From NCBI GenBank assembly GCA_052426225.1, contig JBNJNM010000011.1:1612001-1676000 (forward strand): a stretch of 64,000 nucleotides of DNA. Reading direction: 5' to 3'. The position numbers and the translations under genes were made by a program. Every line of letters begins with the position of its first letter. The first letter of the stretch is position 1. Positions 32,890-47,300 of the stretch are shown one piece after another. Origin of the DNA: Zancudomyces culisetae HAW-14-8 (Eukaryota > Fungi > Kickxellomycota). The notes under the pieces are model-generated. The model searched no databases. It was not told the DNA's origin and was given only the letters and a program-made list of their open reading frames with translations.

Positions 32890-35800
32890 TTAGGTGCAGA
32901 TACTTTAATAGTTCTTTTAACTTTGTTACTAAAAAAATAATTTTAGTTGTGGAATTTTATTTTGTAGAGAAGATAGAAAATAGAAAGAGGGAAAAGCTGT
33001 AGGGTTATATGGTTTTTTTTTTTTGAAAACTTTGAAACTGTAGAATCAGGAGGGTGTGAGGAACGAAAAGGATGTTTTTTTATCTTCGTGTGGAGACTAA
33101 AATCATGCATGAAAATTGACTCAGCTACCAACACTATCCAGAATGCTTATTTTTGAGATGCGTTACAGTACATAGAAATATCCAAAGCGCAATGCGCAGT
33201 TCGCTAAAATCAGATTTTTTTAGATAATTAAATTGATATCCATTCAAGTTGGTGTTTTTTCCTTTTAGTTATTATTAAATTTTGACTTTTTCGTGTAATT
33301 ATCTAAAACCGATATTTCCTCGTGAATAAATTATAATCTGCACGGAAAATTAATTCATATTCTAGATTGGATGCAAAAAAAAAAAACACTCCCCAAATGA
33401 GCAATTCGCCTTCAGATACCAAAATATGTACTACCGTACAAATTCAGGACAGCACTGCTCGCCAATACAAAAGGACTGCTCAACTATCATATACTTTCAA
33501 CTTGGAAAGTAGATACATTGCATCAATTTGAGCCAGAATGAGGTGCTCGTCTATTGGTCCTGCTAGAAAACCCCGTACAAGAAGCTGTAGGGTGACGCTT
33601 TTGGGTGACACAAATAAACAAACTTGAACCAAGAGTTAATCCATGCATTTATCAACAGATACGCGAACCTTTGTATATTCGCCACATACTAAGAGTGTTA
33701 CGAATAAAAAAATCCCAAATACAGCATCTAGTTTGCACCATTGAACTGAAAATCAATCATATAATGCAGTAAAACAATGAAAAATATATACCCTTTTGCT
33801 TGGAATGAAGGTTTTTATAACTTTATTTGCAATAAAAACTAACGGCTTGGTACTATCCTAAAGCAACAGGATTTATCCTTTGTTCGCTACTATCGCGCCT
33901 TGCAGTTAGTGGTGGCACCCGACCAGATTTATTTTTTGCTGTATATGAGAATATATTAAATTCAGAAAAACAGATTAAGCTGCTAGGGTGTAACCTACAC
34001 ACAAGAGCAAGCAGATAGGTATTATTGGTGCTTTTGTGTTCTAGGAACCTATTCATTATTGCTTTTTTATTGTTTTTAGCACTATTAAACTTTTCCCGTG
34101 GTTAGTAATACTGTATTATATTGATAAGGGACGTGAAAGTAAAAGCGAGAAGCAAAGAGTCTGGAAGAAGTTGAATATACTCTTCACCCTCCTCCCCACA
34201 AAAATCGACGTGTCTAGCATTTGTGTTCTGGTACATGCTCGTTTGTTCAAGTTCAAGTCCAATTTAATTTTGCTTTTGGAATCGAATTGACCCAAGTTGG
34301 ATTGGATTGGATTGGATTGAATAGTGTTTAGTTGACGGACGAACATCATGCTATTTCTTCATAGCCACTGTGCGCGAACCAACTGTTGTTTTACAACTAT
34401 CACATTATCATCCCAAAAACGTAAAAAAAATTTTAATTTCGAAAAAGTGGGTTGATGCAGGTGATGCATGATGTGTAGTCATCGGGACGATAATCTAATT
34501 TGCACGGCTTTCTTGTAAAAAGCAATCCGTTCCAATCATTCTGGGCAAACCTGCAAAGAATGAATGTTTCGATTTTTTTTAACCCACCTCCCAAACTCTC
34601 CTCCCCTTCCCCCCCCCTTTACCAGAAATAATATTGGTTTTTATTTGGCGGTTAATAAAAAAAGGAAAAGGATTTTGTAAAACCCGTATTGAGATAAAGA
34701 GCTAAGTGTAGGGGTCACCTATGGAACCATGATTGCTATGCATGTATAGCGTTATCGGCGTTAATTAAACAAGCAAGCATCTTTTAATTGATGGGAGGGT
34801 GCATCTCATTCAAGCAAAGCAGTGTTGTTTTTTTTTATAGCGCTAAACGCTGGCTGAATGTTTATCTTGATTACCAGTTGTTTGCATACACCAACTTGCT
34901 TGAATGATCAAATAAAATGTACAGCAAAATAACTGAAAAAATGCAGTGATAATATCAGCATTACACTATATTACGACATTTGTTCTTCCATTCACGCAAA
35001 AGCCGGAATGTATTGGTTTTTTTGTAACATTTTCGGGTATAAAACATTTTTTTAAGTTTAAAATGATTTTGAAACAACTCATTCAAGCCATGTAAAGATA
35101 CGAAAATACAATGAAATGGTTGAACAGAGTTACGCGCTTTTGTTCAGTATGGTATGAATATTGCAAAGTAAGTCCGTATCGCGAGTAATTAAATGAAGTA
35201 TATTAATATTTACTACATTTCCTACTCAAACACCATTTCTGACAATCGTGTTATTTACTGCTTATTTAACCAAAATATTTAAATTTTTAGGTTTTACTCG
35301 CCAAGTTCAGTTGTACAGAAATGAAACACGTACAATGCTAATGCTCTGGAATATTTCTTGCTGAATAAAATAAACCATATTAATAACCTGACAATAAAAA
35401 CCTATTAGGGAAAGAGAAGATTCTGATAATTTACTGATATTATTATCATTATTATATTTTTTACAAAATATCATTTAAAATCCGATTATTATATAACATT
35501 TTAATTTTGCGGTAGTTTTTTGGCGATTGAAATTGGCGTAAAGATAATAAAAAGTCGCGAAACAAAGACAACAAAAATATTCCAATAAATCTGAATAACG
35601 TAAATCACAGCTATTGTAATGTGTATATTGTTGATTAAAACTTGTCGCGAACACTAAATAAAAAAATGCAAACAAAGCTGGCTAAAATGGAGGTGAAAAG
35701 TGTGGGTGTGCTAGTAGTGCACCAACAGAGTAAAGTATAGAAATGACTAATCTGCGTAACGGAGAATAAAATAAAATAGTCGTCAACAAATAGCGCACAA

Positions 35801-36420
35801 ATAACTATAAAAAAAAGATGGAAGGCGCTCTAATGTAGTATGATGTGGTGTTGCAATTTACGCGGAATTGATGCTGTATATTTTTAACTTGTTATTTTAC
35901 AAAGGGTTTGCAGGGTTGCTATTAGCTCCGTGGTGATTGAATAGGAACTAATTACAAAAAATGCTAAAAATAAGAATATAAAATACGAAACAAAGTAAAA
36001 ATAAAAATAAAAACAAAATGGACTGAGGTGAAATGAAGCGAAAAGGCTGATGTTATTGAAAAAACGGTAAATATTGGGTAAATTTTGGCGTTATTGGAAT
36101 TCTACGTCTTAATTATAACAAAATAAATATAATTATGACAATTTAAAGTAGAAAACAGAAAATAAGACTGGAAATTAAAAAATAATGGACAATGAAAAAA
36201 ACGAAAATGCGGGAAACAAGGGTCAGAAAAAAAAGAGATATTTACGTAGGGGATGAAAAAAAATCAATATAAATATGCAGAGAGAATTCAAGAAAACCAT
36301 TTTTTTTACTCGTAGTTCAAAATCAAAATTCTTCTAAAAATATATTAAAGGAATAAAACATAGATTATTCTTTTTTTTGACAGATTAATTAATTCTAAAC
36401 ACAACCCAAAAACAAACTAA

Positions 36421-36738
<318 letters not shown>

Positions 36739-37231
36739 ATATATTTTTCGATGTAGAAAAGAAAGATGGTCTCCCCAAGCAAAAAAGAGGAGCAGAATCA
36801 GTGTTTTATTTGTGTGCTCCCGTATGTAAATATAATATATTTATTTTATAAAACGAGGGGAGAACTCTCTTTTTTTTTTATCTTTTCCACAAAGTAGCTA
36901 GTAAAAGCGTTCTTGTATTTAGTTACAGTGTAATCCATAAGTGTATCAATTTTCGTAATATTCACCATATTAACTAATAAATAAACATAAATATTCCTTT
37001 TAACAGAAAGCATGAGCTGCGCAGTGTCGCAGTTCCTCACATTTTATCATTTGCTTTTTTATCACTAAAATAAAATTTTTATGCGAGTCTCGTTGAGATA
37101 AGCCAGCGCGATAAAATGACAAATGAAAAGTGTGACAATGTAGAGGTGCTTTTATTTGAAATATGATAAATAAATCTAGTGAAAGCTACTGCTGAGCATT
37201 ATTTATAAACAAATTCAGAGGCAAACAGGGT

Positions 37232-39885
37232 TTAAATTTGTATCCCAACTAAACCAAAACAATTATCAATGGAATAATCTCTGTATCTATATCCACCAGT
37301 TTCCAGAAACTCGATAAGTTCATAAAACACAATGGAAGGAGTGGTTGTACTTGAAAAACTATCAGAAGTAATTACAAACAGATGTGTCGTGGTGGTAATA
37401 CCATTACGGGGCATTGACAAGTCATCTATACATGATTTGACCAACTCGATGGAAACTGCTGAATTCAATCCATAAACACAAAGCATCGGGTAGGCCGAAC
37501 TGGCTTTGGTAGCCTCATACAAAGCAGTACAGGCTAACCGATAACAATCACAAGCCTTTTGGTTCAATTGCAAACACTTTAGCACCAGTGACCCAGCAGT
37601 ATTGGTGTCATTTAAAAGATATGCATTTTGTGCCTTTGTTAACAAACTATTCCGTTGGTTTGCGACACCCTTGGCGTGATCAACATGTCCATAGTATTCT
37701 GCAAATAGCTCGTTGTCAGGAGCCTCTATTGGATTCAGGCTTGGGAATGATGGAAACTTCTTTTTGAACTGTGTATGTAGAAAATCGGCATTGTTTTTGT
37801 TGACATAAAAGTAAGAACTGTTCTTCTTCGAATCATAGGATATGGATGAACTTGCAGGAATTTCAGTGGTGGTAGTGGTAGTGGTAGTGGTAGTGGCAGT
37901 GATATTGGCGAGGGTAATGGGAGAGGCAACTGTAATTGTGGGAGAAATGGGTCCATGAGTATCCATATTTGTTGATAGTGCCTCGATATTGTTTTTCGAT
38001 CCCAGATTAGGAAAGCTGTCCTTTTGTATTTGTAGCTGTAGCGGTAGCGGCGTGCCCTTTGTTTTCTTTTTTTTAGAGTTTTGTTGCTTCTTTTTAGATT
38101 TCATGCCAATAGGAATCCCAACAATGCTGTTCTTTGGACTTGTAGTAGAGGTCAGCGGTGGAAATGATTGTGACGATGGTAAAGTCGATGATGCGGATGT
38201 CAATGTGGATGCTGATGTAGATGTTGAAGCTGACACAGCTGATAGAGAAGGAAAATCCTCTTTGGTTAGTCTGGGTGGTGACGGTAGCTTTGACGAAGAA
38301 TCCTTTTTTATGCTTAACAATTTTTCATTAGATTTCAGACTCGATAACAAAGCCACAGGCCATTCATGCAAAAACTCACAATGCCCATCTTTAATACAGG
38401 CACCACGTAACCAGTACCTACATATATAGGATCCAATATCATGACTAAACCTACAGTCACTACGATAACACTCTCCCCTAATATAGAATTTACACATGCG
38501 CTTATTTGGCGAATACATTTGGTGATACATTTGCGAGGCTTGAGCCTGAGAACCAGGAATATGGGTGCTGGAGCTGATGGTGGACCTGTTGTTTGGAGTA
38601 GATGTGCTGCTTGTAATACCAGCCACGTTGGCCGCTGCTGCGGTCGTGAGTGATGGATGTAGTAGTGTCTGGTTTACATCGGCTGTTGCTAATAGCAACC
38701 CCAATACGCTCATGGTATCGAACTCACTGGTCAGAAACGCCTCCCATATTACATCCTCATCTATTGTTGAAAATACACGTGCTATTATCTCCTCGTCCGT
38801 GTATGTGACATTATCTGGCTCATCGACCGGAACAGCACCCATATTACCAAACATTTCTCCTCCCACAATATTGGCTCCACTTATTGTACTGTTATTGATT
38901 TGATAGTCAGTTCCATAATATGTATTTCCTGTCACCATATTATCTGGAGAATACAAAGGATAACTACTACCACCAGCAAAACTTCCACTATTCTCCCCAA
39001 TCATACCACCAAAATCATTGCAGAAGTTTCCGGCTAAACCCATAGAACTTATATTGCTACCACCAATGTTGCCAAACTCTGTAATTCCGCTTAGCATGTT
39101 ACCTCCTGCCACACCGTGTCTACTAACTTCGGTATGTGTACCAATTGTACTGTCTACAAAGCCCTCCGAATAAATATGATCCTTCAGTATCCCTTCATAT
39201 CCCACACTGTTCACACCCCCGCCAAAACATCCAGCACCCGCAAGCCTACTACTATCAGAAAGATGGGTCTGCGAATCGTCATATTTGCCCAACCCCTGTT
39301 GCAACAAGGAATTATTCCGCTTAGATTTTGGCGTTTCAAAATACCCAGAAGGGTTATCATTGCCTGTGTTGGTATTTGCCGAGGGTGCTCCTTTATAGCT
39401 AAATACTCGTTCAAGGTTGCTCCGTTTAGAAAAGGATAAACCCTTTCGTGTATATTTCGGTATTGTCTGTGTTGTTAGTAATTCTGCACGCCCGTCATTC
39501 GAGGCGTTGTTGGTGATTTTTAATGTCCCTTCTGAAAACCGGTCTATGATTTCATTTGCCACCTGTTCAAGTTTGGGTTCCACCTAAAAAATTAAAAAAG
39601 ATAAAAATAAATGTCCATTATGCGCATTAATAAAGAAAAACTGGTACTATTTAATAAAAACACCTGTGATGGGAAAAGTTCAAGTATACACGTATATATA
39701 AATGTTATAAAACTTGCCCCAAGCGTTCGAAATTGTTCATTCCCGTTCACCAAGTATTCTTTGATAATTTCTTTCTTTTCTGATTTTGGAATGGAGGAAT
39801 CCAGCAATGTTTCGTTAATATACTTTTCAATAATATCGGAATCTAGCTTGATGCTTGCCAACATGGAATTTATCGTCTCCATCAT
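37232..39885 (-). CDS. Tandem CCCH zinc-finger protein with a C-terminal degenerate Smr-like domain; 2 exons
   Basis: CKFYIRGECYRSDCRFSH and CRYWLRGACIKDGHCEFLH; helical KAQNAYL..AG.L region before a beta-alpha-beta Smr-like fold (LCVYGL..LFVIT). Exon 1 starts at 39885; acceptor gives exon 2 from 39583. Confidence 0.75.
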
Positions 39886-40127
39886 GGTACTCGGGGCATT
39901 AGTAAAATTCGCAAGTATTTATATTTCAAGTTTTCCCTATGCTTGTGACATTTAGGTAGAAAAGTATTGGTTGTAAAGTGGTCAAGTATTTATCATTTAT
40001 CTGTAGTTGATAGAAACTTTATATGTTTGTTTACTAAGTGTATGAATGTAACAAGTTTTTACAAGCTTTGCTTTGTAATGAACCAAAAAGATCCCTATTT
40101 AATTCCTAGCACAGGCATTTGCCCCCC

Positions 40128-40177
40128 TTTTTTTTCCCGCATTTTTTTTCCCGCATTTTTTTTCCCGCATTTTTTTT
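40128..40177. promoter_or_regulatory. Three tandem 14-bp units TTTTTTTTCCCGCA (E2F-consensus TTTCCCGC) in a divergent promoter
   Basis: TTTCCCGC at 40133, 40147 and 40161, between the CCCH/Smr gene (minus) and the LYR gene (plus). The repeat is certain; its function is inferred. Confidence 0.55.
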
Positions 40178-40545
40178 CCTCCCTCCCCCCACTTTTTAGA
40201 ATCAAAAACATTGACTTTACAAATCACCACATGTTACAAATGCTGCTGGGTTTATCGCTTTAACATAACCTTTTTCATAAACCCTCTGCAAAGTATATAT
40301 ACACTGCTAATTAATCAAAGATCTGTACACAGCTTGCGGGGCCATTTTATTGGAAAAGAACTACACACTACACAATCTCCCTTTTTGTTTTTCTTCGCCT
40401 ACTTTGTCCTCTTTTATATGTATATATTTGTAAACTGTGCTTACATGCTTACAACACAACTCCATACAATCCACATCCTTCCAAACTAATAAAAAAAATC
40501 GGTGACCCATAAAACAGACTACTAGGCCAAGCAACACTGGGTATC

Positions 40546-40794
40546 ATGAAAATTACGGTTCTTCGGCTCTACAGAAATATGCTGAAAAGTATAGCATCAC
40601 TCCAAATCAGTTACTTGAAACCCAAATTACGATATAATGTTAGAGAGGTTTTTGAGCAATACCGGAATATCAGTGACTCCAGTCAAATCCAAGAATTGCT
40701 CGACGAAGGCAAAGTATGGATAAGTTACTTCGAGTATATTAAAAATACTGATACTGAAACTATACAAAAGATATTTAAAAGCAATAAACGATAA
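40546..40794 (+). CDS. LYR-motif (Complex1_LYR) small mitochondrial protein
   Basis: VLRLYRNMLK...VREVFEQYRNISDSSQIQELLDEG matches the LYR...F...I..LL..G pattern. Confidence 0.8.
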   Translation: MKITVLRLYRNMLKSIASLQISYLKPKLRYNVREVFEQYRNISDSSQIQELLDEGKVWISYFEYIKNTDTETIQKIFKSNKR

Positions 40795-40916
40795 TAGTAA
40801 CATAACGCTAACTGTAGCAACTAATTATTATGCTAATCTCAAAAAATAAAAATAAAATGAGGGGAAGGGAAGGGAATGAAGAAGAACAAACAAAAGAGAG
40901 TATCAATAGAAACCTG

Positions 40917-43900
40917 TTACCACTGGAACAATGTCCGATCTCTCAACAGCCTCACGCCGACATGATCCCACTCTTCTCTGGTTATCCAAAGCTCTGAAGT
41001 GATATCAAGCCTGCTAAATACAGCGCCACCCTTCCAAGCCAGCGCCTTTGGATCCAAATCCCTTGGAGAAGGAAGCATTTCGATTTTTTCAACAGTTTCG
41101 GCATCGTTTCCATCGGAATATTTCCTAGATGCTGAGTACAACCGATACTGCAAAAAATCGGAGATGAAGGGGATATGAGAAATTCCACCACCGACTAGCA
41201 AAATAGAGGAGTAGTACTTTTTGATCTTATCAAAGGTGCCGGCATGGGCTATAGAATGGGCGATTGCCTCGTCCAGAGGCATGAGAGTATTGACAGCGGC
41301 ATGGTCATAGACTCGAGTGTAGACTGGGAAATCCACAGGAGGAGTTGGGTTTAAGACAGCCGTGGACTGGGGAGCAGTCGTGTTAGCATTGGAAGGCAGT
41401 GTTGGCTTTATAGCCAAGGGAGTATCAGGCACAGAAGTTGGAGCAGATACCAGGGAAGAATCAGCAGCAGCGAGAACAGGATCTAAGGGAGGAGTGGGTG
41501 CAGCGGATGTATCTTTCTTCAGCGCAGTAGAATTCTTTGGGTGCTTGAGCATATCAACATCAACAATATCGACATTTTCGTTGGGCTGTGCGGCAGTTGG
41601 GACAACAGCAGGACCCAGAGATGTATCGATAACCTCAACAGATGGAAGTTTGCCAAATTGACAGGCAGCTAAATACTCGCCACTATACGAGGGCTGTTCA
41701 TCAAATACATGCCATGATGGGAAACAAGCAAACGAATTATTCCAGTCTGGCAGGTCAGAGAAGGCAGAGACTAATTCGGGGTAGAATAAACACCACGGCG
41801 CAAAATAGGGCTCATCGTATACCTTGAACATGTATTTGAGCGTTGGTTGGTTGGGTTTGCGCATGAAAAAGTCATATACACGAACACTTACGTCGCTCAG
41901 ATTTAGGGTCACGTGCTTTTCCTTGAGCAGGTTGATGAGATTCCAGTCGTATGTTTTGTTCAGATCAAGTTCACTGTATGGAAACAGGCTACGCACGAAA
42001 AGATCATTTAAGAAATAGGTAATATCATCGCCACCGTATTTAACATTAACACGTGTATCTGGCAAACAATAACCATCATCAACACAGGCTATTGCGGTTT
42101 TCTGTGCGCCTACATCAACAACACATGCACTGGACACACCAGCACCAAAGGTCACAAGTACCGAACTCTGATGCACAGCCACAGCTCCAAACTCCATGTA
42201 GTTGAGTAACACTCTGAGGAGCGCTTCAACATGACCTTTCATATAGATATCAGGAACCACTAGCATCGCATAGTACTCTTTCAGCTTACTACGCGGTATT
42301 CCCATCACCTGTTCAATTGCGTATTCCCAAATACTTTGAATATCCCCAAGACATTCTTCAATGCTCGTATAATCTTCTACATTGAACACACCGCGGTAAA
42401 ACGGCATCCGCACCTGGAATTCGTCTGGATTGACTAGCCTGGCCACCTCCTCGCCATAAAACACGTCTCGCTGCTTGCTGTGTGCCTCATCAATCCATTC
42501 CACTCGGTATGGGTCGTTATGCTCGTTGATATGCTCGGGCAAAACTGACTTGTTGTATGCCAACACCTGCGAAATTGCGTTTGGGACAGGTTTCCGTTTT
42601 GTCTCTCTTTGGCTTCTACGGAGTTCTTCAGCTAGAAAATCTATTAGCTCCACCACTCTGTTTTCTTTATCGTTCGCTTCATCGACTTTTATGTCATCTT
42701 TGCCTCCCACCTTTCCTTTTTTGTCTTTCTTATCTCTTTCTCCGTTCTCTTTTTTGCTTTCCGCTTCAGCATTACCCGTGTCTTGATCTTGATCCTTATC
42801 ATCACTCTTCTCAACCTCCTGTTCCTGTTCCTGGTTCTGTTCCTGTTCTCCATCTTTCTCAGTCTTTTCCGTCTCCTCAGTCTTCTCATTTTCTTGAGCA
42901 TCCTTCTTTTTTATTTTTCGTGCCACAATGTGAGGAATTTCGTGTGGGATCGGATCGCTGGCTAAGCCTATCCTCAACCACCTAGACCCTGGCTGTATTA
43001 CTATTACATTCTCTCCGTTCTCCATTTTCTCTTGCTATTTTTTTTTATTGTTAATAATTACGAAAATTAGTATTTTTGGTCAAACGCTTTCCACTTCATA
43101 TTGAAATCCTATAAATACATCCTCAAAACTCTTACCTTTCGCTTCTTCCCACTGATTATTGTTTCTCTGCGCTGATTTCTGCATAAATTAGAAACTGCGT
43201 TTTTTAGATTTAATGGTGCTAATGGTCGCAGATTTGGTCCCTGCACATTAAAACTCTTTCTCTCTTTTTTCGCCCCTTTGTTAGTGTCATTCGATTCCAC
43301 TGCCGCCTTTTTGTGTTCTTGTACACCAGGTGCTGATCTACCCAATCCCCTTGGCTTCTCAACATCCGCTGCGTTCCCACCCTCTAATCTCTGCACTGGA
43401 AAACGCACTTGTTGAGCTCTTTGGACATCACCGCTTCGTAATGTATTAGCCATCCTTGTGCCTCCACTTCCTAGCTCAGTGTCCATCACTTCGCCTGCTG
43501 TTTTTATTTTCGTCCTTATTTTCGTTTCCCCCATACCTCTATCATCATATGCACTCTCTACCATTCTATGCCGCTGTAGTGTTCCCGTAGCTATTGGCGG
43601 TAAAACACCACTGTCCTGCGTTCCCGTCCGCGGATACTCAGTATCGTATCTCGATGTTATTTGGTTCATTATCCTTCTTCTAACCAATTCATCTACCGAG
43701 TCCACATCATGGCTCGCCACATCAATTTTTTCTTCATCCATCACATCTGCATCTTCATACTCTTGTCTTGCAGGAATAGTCGTACGTCCCATCTTCATCT
43801 GCCCACCTTCAATACCATCATTTTCCCTCATCCCATATTCATCCTCCGTGTAGCTATCGTATTCTCGAAGTTTCCTTGCTAGATCGTCTTCCATCATGCC

Positions 43901-44323
43901 AAGATTCCGACTGCTTGAAAGCCCCGTATTTTCTCTTTCAGATTCATCCCCCTCTACTTTCAACTTATTCCATGGCTGTTGAGTACCCACATTCTCCATC
44001 TTGACCGAGGCTGCATCATTTTCTCCCTGGGTTATATCTTCATTTACGCTACCTCTGCCCTCTTTTTCCAATTTTTCAATATCTTCATCATCATCTACCT
44101 CTTTTTTGACCTTTTCGTCCTTGTCTTTTCTTATACCCTTTAGTTTTTTTTCCCTAGCACCTTGCTCGCTGACAATTGTCGTTTTCTCTTGCTTGCCTTT
44201 CAACAACTCTTTCTCTTCGCTTTTCTCTTGATTTTGTCCATCCTTGTACTCATTTGAAGCTCCTGGCCCGCTCTGGGGTAGCCAATCAAACTTCCGCTTC
44301 AAGTTGAAATTCAGGTTGCTCAT
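40917..44323 (-). CDS. ARP8: Actin-related protein 8 (INO80 complex); 2 exons (44323-43136, 43034-40917), about 1100 aa
   Basis: VIVIQPGSRWLRIGLASDPIPHEIPHIVAR, TFGAGVSSACVVDVGAQKTAIACVDDG, YGGDDIT, PRDLDPKALAWKGG, RLLRDRTLFQW. The 404-aa upstream ORF joins in frame via GTAAG...TAG. Confidence 0.92.
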
Positions 44324-47300
44324 TCTTGTCTCTATTTACTTTTCTCTTTGTTCTACTTTTCACTGTATATTTCTCTCTTTTTTTTGATTCAATAACACAT
44401 TCGTGCTGATTTTATACGTAAATCGTTGACAACAATATTAATTCAAATATTAAGTATATTTAGTGTCTTGATACAATCGTCTACTTTACCACAGCTATCC
44501 TCTTTTATCCAATATGAACTTGAGTAATCCTTCTTAACAACCCTTAGCCCTTTCTTTTCTAGATGGGGAAAGTACCTTCTCGCTCTACAAATAAAGTATA
44601 ACTAGTATAGCATTAAAAGAACACAAACACGATTAACCCTGCGCTTAGTAGTATAACCTCTGAATTTGAACAATTTTCTATCTTTACACTAAAAACAACT
44701 TTTATCTGTTTAATTTAAAATCAATACTTTCACCACTCATTCAAAAGCTTAAAACTATCCTAAATGCCTTTATTTTTCCTAAAAAAAATTAACAATAACA
44801 ATAATTATAAAAATTTAGCTAAGTAAATGTTTTTGTGATATTCTGGCATAGAGCCATATGAGCCAATTAAAACTCGTTTTGCTTGATTCAGTATGCTTTG
44901 GCTAAACTTGTTGATAAAACTCCTCTTTACAGTAATGCCACTGTATTTATTCTATGGTGGGAAACTCGATATTATAAAACCATAAATGCACAGCCTTAGT
45001 AATTCAGAAAAAGAGGGGGGGAGCGTGAAGATTAAAGATTAAAGATTAAAGGTTGGTGTTGTATCAAAAAGCAACATACACATTTTACAACTGTATCTTT
45101 ATACATTGACTGGTAGATACGGGTGTATGTTAATCAACTACAGCAATCTGTTTACCTTTAAATACTATTTTGCCTGAAATAAAGTAATTGTTTAGTAGAT
45201 TGGAATATCAGCTAAAAACATATTGATAACAATTTTCACAGTAAAGACTAGTCGCTCTTTTGAAATCATAACATTGGATAGGTTGAAGGTATAATAGGCC
45301 GGGTAAAGATATAATGTCGATCATCACTTTTTCCGTCTATCTTGCTTATGAATCATCAATATGTTATATCACCTTTGGTTTTGATTTTCTCAATAGTAAT
45401 ATAGCTAAAAACAAATTGTAAAACATGTTCTCACAGTACGAATATTTGTTTATACATTAATTTTTTAAAACTAGCAAGACCTTGTTATATCACATTTAAT
45501 AAAGCGCAAGTACAACAATAATATCTACACTGGGGCACAAGATCACATATTTTTTCTTATCCGACTTTGGGATCTACAAAATGTTCTAGACCAAGAGTTC
45601 GGTGGATATCGTCACCACCCCAATACAACGGTGATATATATGATATCCGTAAACCATTCCTTTGTTTTATCTTTTTCTACGACAATACAAGGTTTAAACA
45701 ATTAACTCGTTATACTTTTTTAACTGATGTTACTCTTTTTTACTGCTTAGTTTATTATATTGTATGATTTGCAGAACCTGGTTCTAGAATTAATCTAGTA
45801 ATATCAAGTAGAAGCGAAATATAGAAGTAATTTTGATTTTGCTTGTGTTTGCCAAATATCAAAGAAGCACTGTTGTCACAATTGTACTGCAATGTGCTCC
45901 TTTGTTCGCCAGCGTAGCATTGATAGTACGATCCACTTCGGTTTTTTTATTGCTTATTAATTAATCTTTAATATTGTTAACGTTTTTTTTTTGGAAAATG
46001 GCATGTAAAATTTTAGGTAATAGGCTTTTTCATCACTCCAGAAAACACAAACCCATAATCCGGATGAAATTACTAAATCGTACTACATTAAAATACAAAT
46101 AATCTGCAAATTAGTTTCTTTCCTGCATTTTCTGGTATAGTAACAAATGCCAAAGCTGAGGTTTTGTTGCCAACAAACTAGGAGGCGCAATTAGAGAGTG
46201 TTTGTGTATCTATTTACTAGGAATTATCATTTCAATAACTCTGGATATGTACAGACCACCTTGAAGAGATTATTATCACAACATATTAATTTCAGGTGGT
46301 ATGTTTTGAGAATTTCTCTGTAGCAGTTAGTAAAAGTAAAGACATTTATATTTTACATACTGGGAGAAAGGAGGGTATTGATGGAACTTCACATGTACAA
46401 TATAGAAGAAAGGTGAAAAGAAAAGTAAATATAAAAATTTATGTTGGTATGAATTTTAATACAAAATCTATTCACATACTCCAAACAAAGCATTCTAAAA
46501 GGTACTCTAGCTGGGTTAGCATTATAAATGTAAATGTGCTTTTATTCTTAGTAAACAACTACAAAGTATCTCCAGACTTATTAAAAAATACAAAACTATG
46601 AATCCTAGTGCATAAATTTTAGGTCATATAAAGTGAAGAAATACATAATATGTGTATATTTGTGCTCGATTTTAAAAGGTCTTTGGTTTAATACCAAAGG
46701 TAAAGACAAAAGTAACACTTGGTACTGACTTGTGGCATTCTCGTTCTTTTTTTCCCCCTTTTTTTTGGTTTTTGTGATTTTGCGAATAAACGGTTTGGTT
46801 TTCCTTAGCTTGTTCTTTCTGCGAAGCGCTCAGCTGTGGCTATGCTACAACTTTCAACTCCGGTATTATACACGCAGCACACGCTTCAGGCTACATGTCT
46901 TGTCCGATATGATTTATTTACTCAAAGTTTATTACAGGATTTCTTACAGGAGGAGAATCTTTCAACTCGGGTCTTTCTGGCTCGAACCTTTCGTCAACCA
47001 TGGCTAAAGTGCTTTCTTTTACTAACATCTTTTGTACTGCTGTCTTTGTCTCTTGGTGTAATAAATCTAAAAACAACTGACTCTAATATTTAGAATAGTT
47101 TTTATTTATTATCATGCTTTTTCAGTTGAAAGTGAAAAAGTGTATGAAACCTACTTTAGTTTTGATCAAAGAGGATTGCCTTTTATACAAAATTTTTTTT
47201 TTCCAAGCATCAAAAAAAAAAAGTTGATTTCGACAATAAAAGGTGCTAGAGTGCTTCACAAATAATGCTTGTCAAAACAATTTCTTTTTCATTAATAGAT

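Noticed and set aside
36739-36840. Histone 3' stem-loop after H4 (and after H3)
   Set aside because: No 6-bp stem/4-nt loop consensus found.
43109-44323. Separate 404-aa gene upstream of ARP8
   Set aside because: It splices in frame to the ARP8 core through a 101-nt intron.
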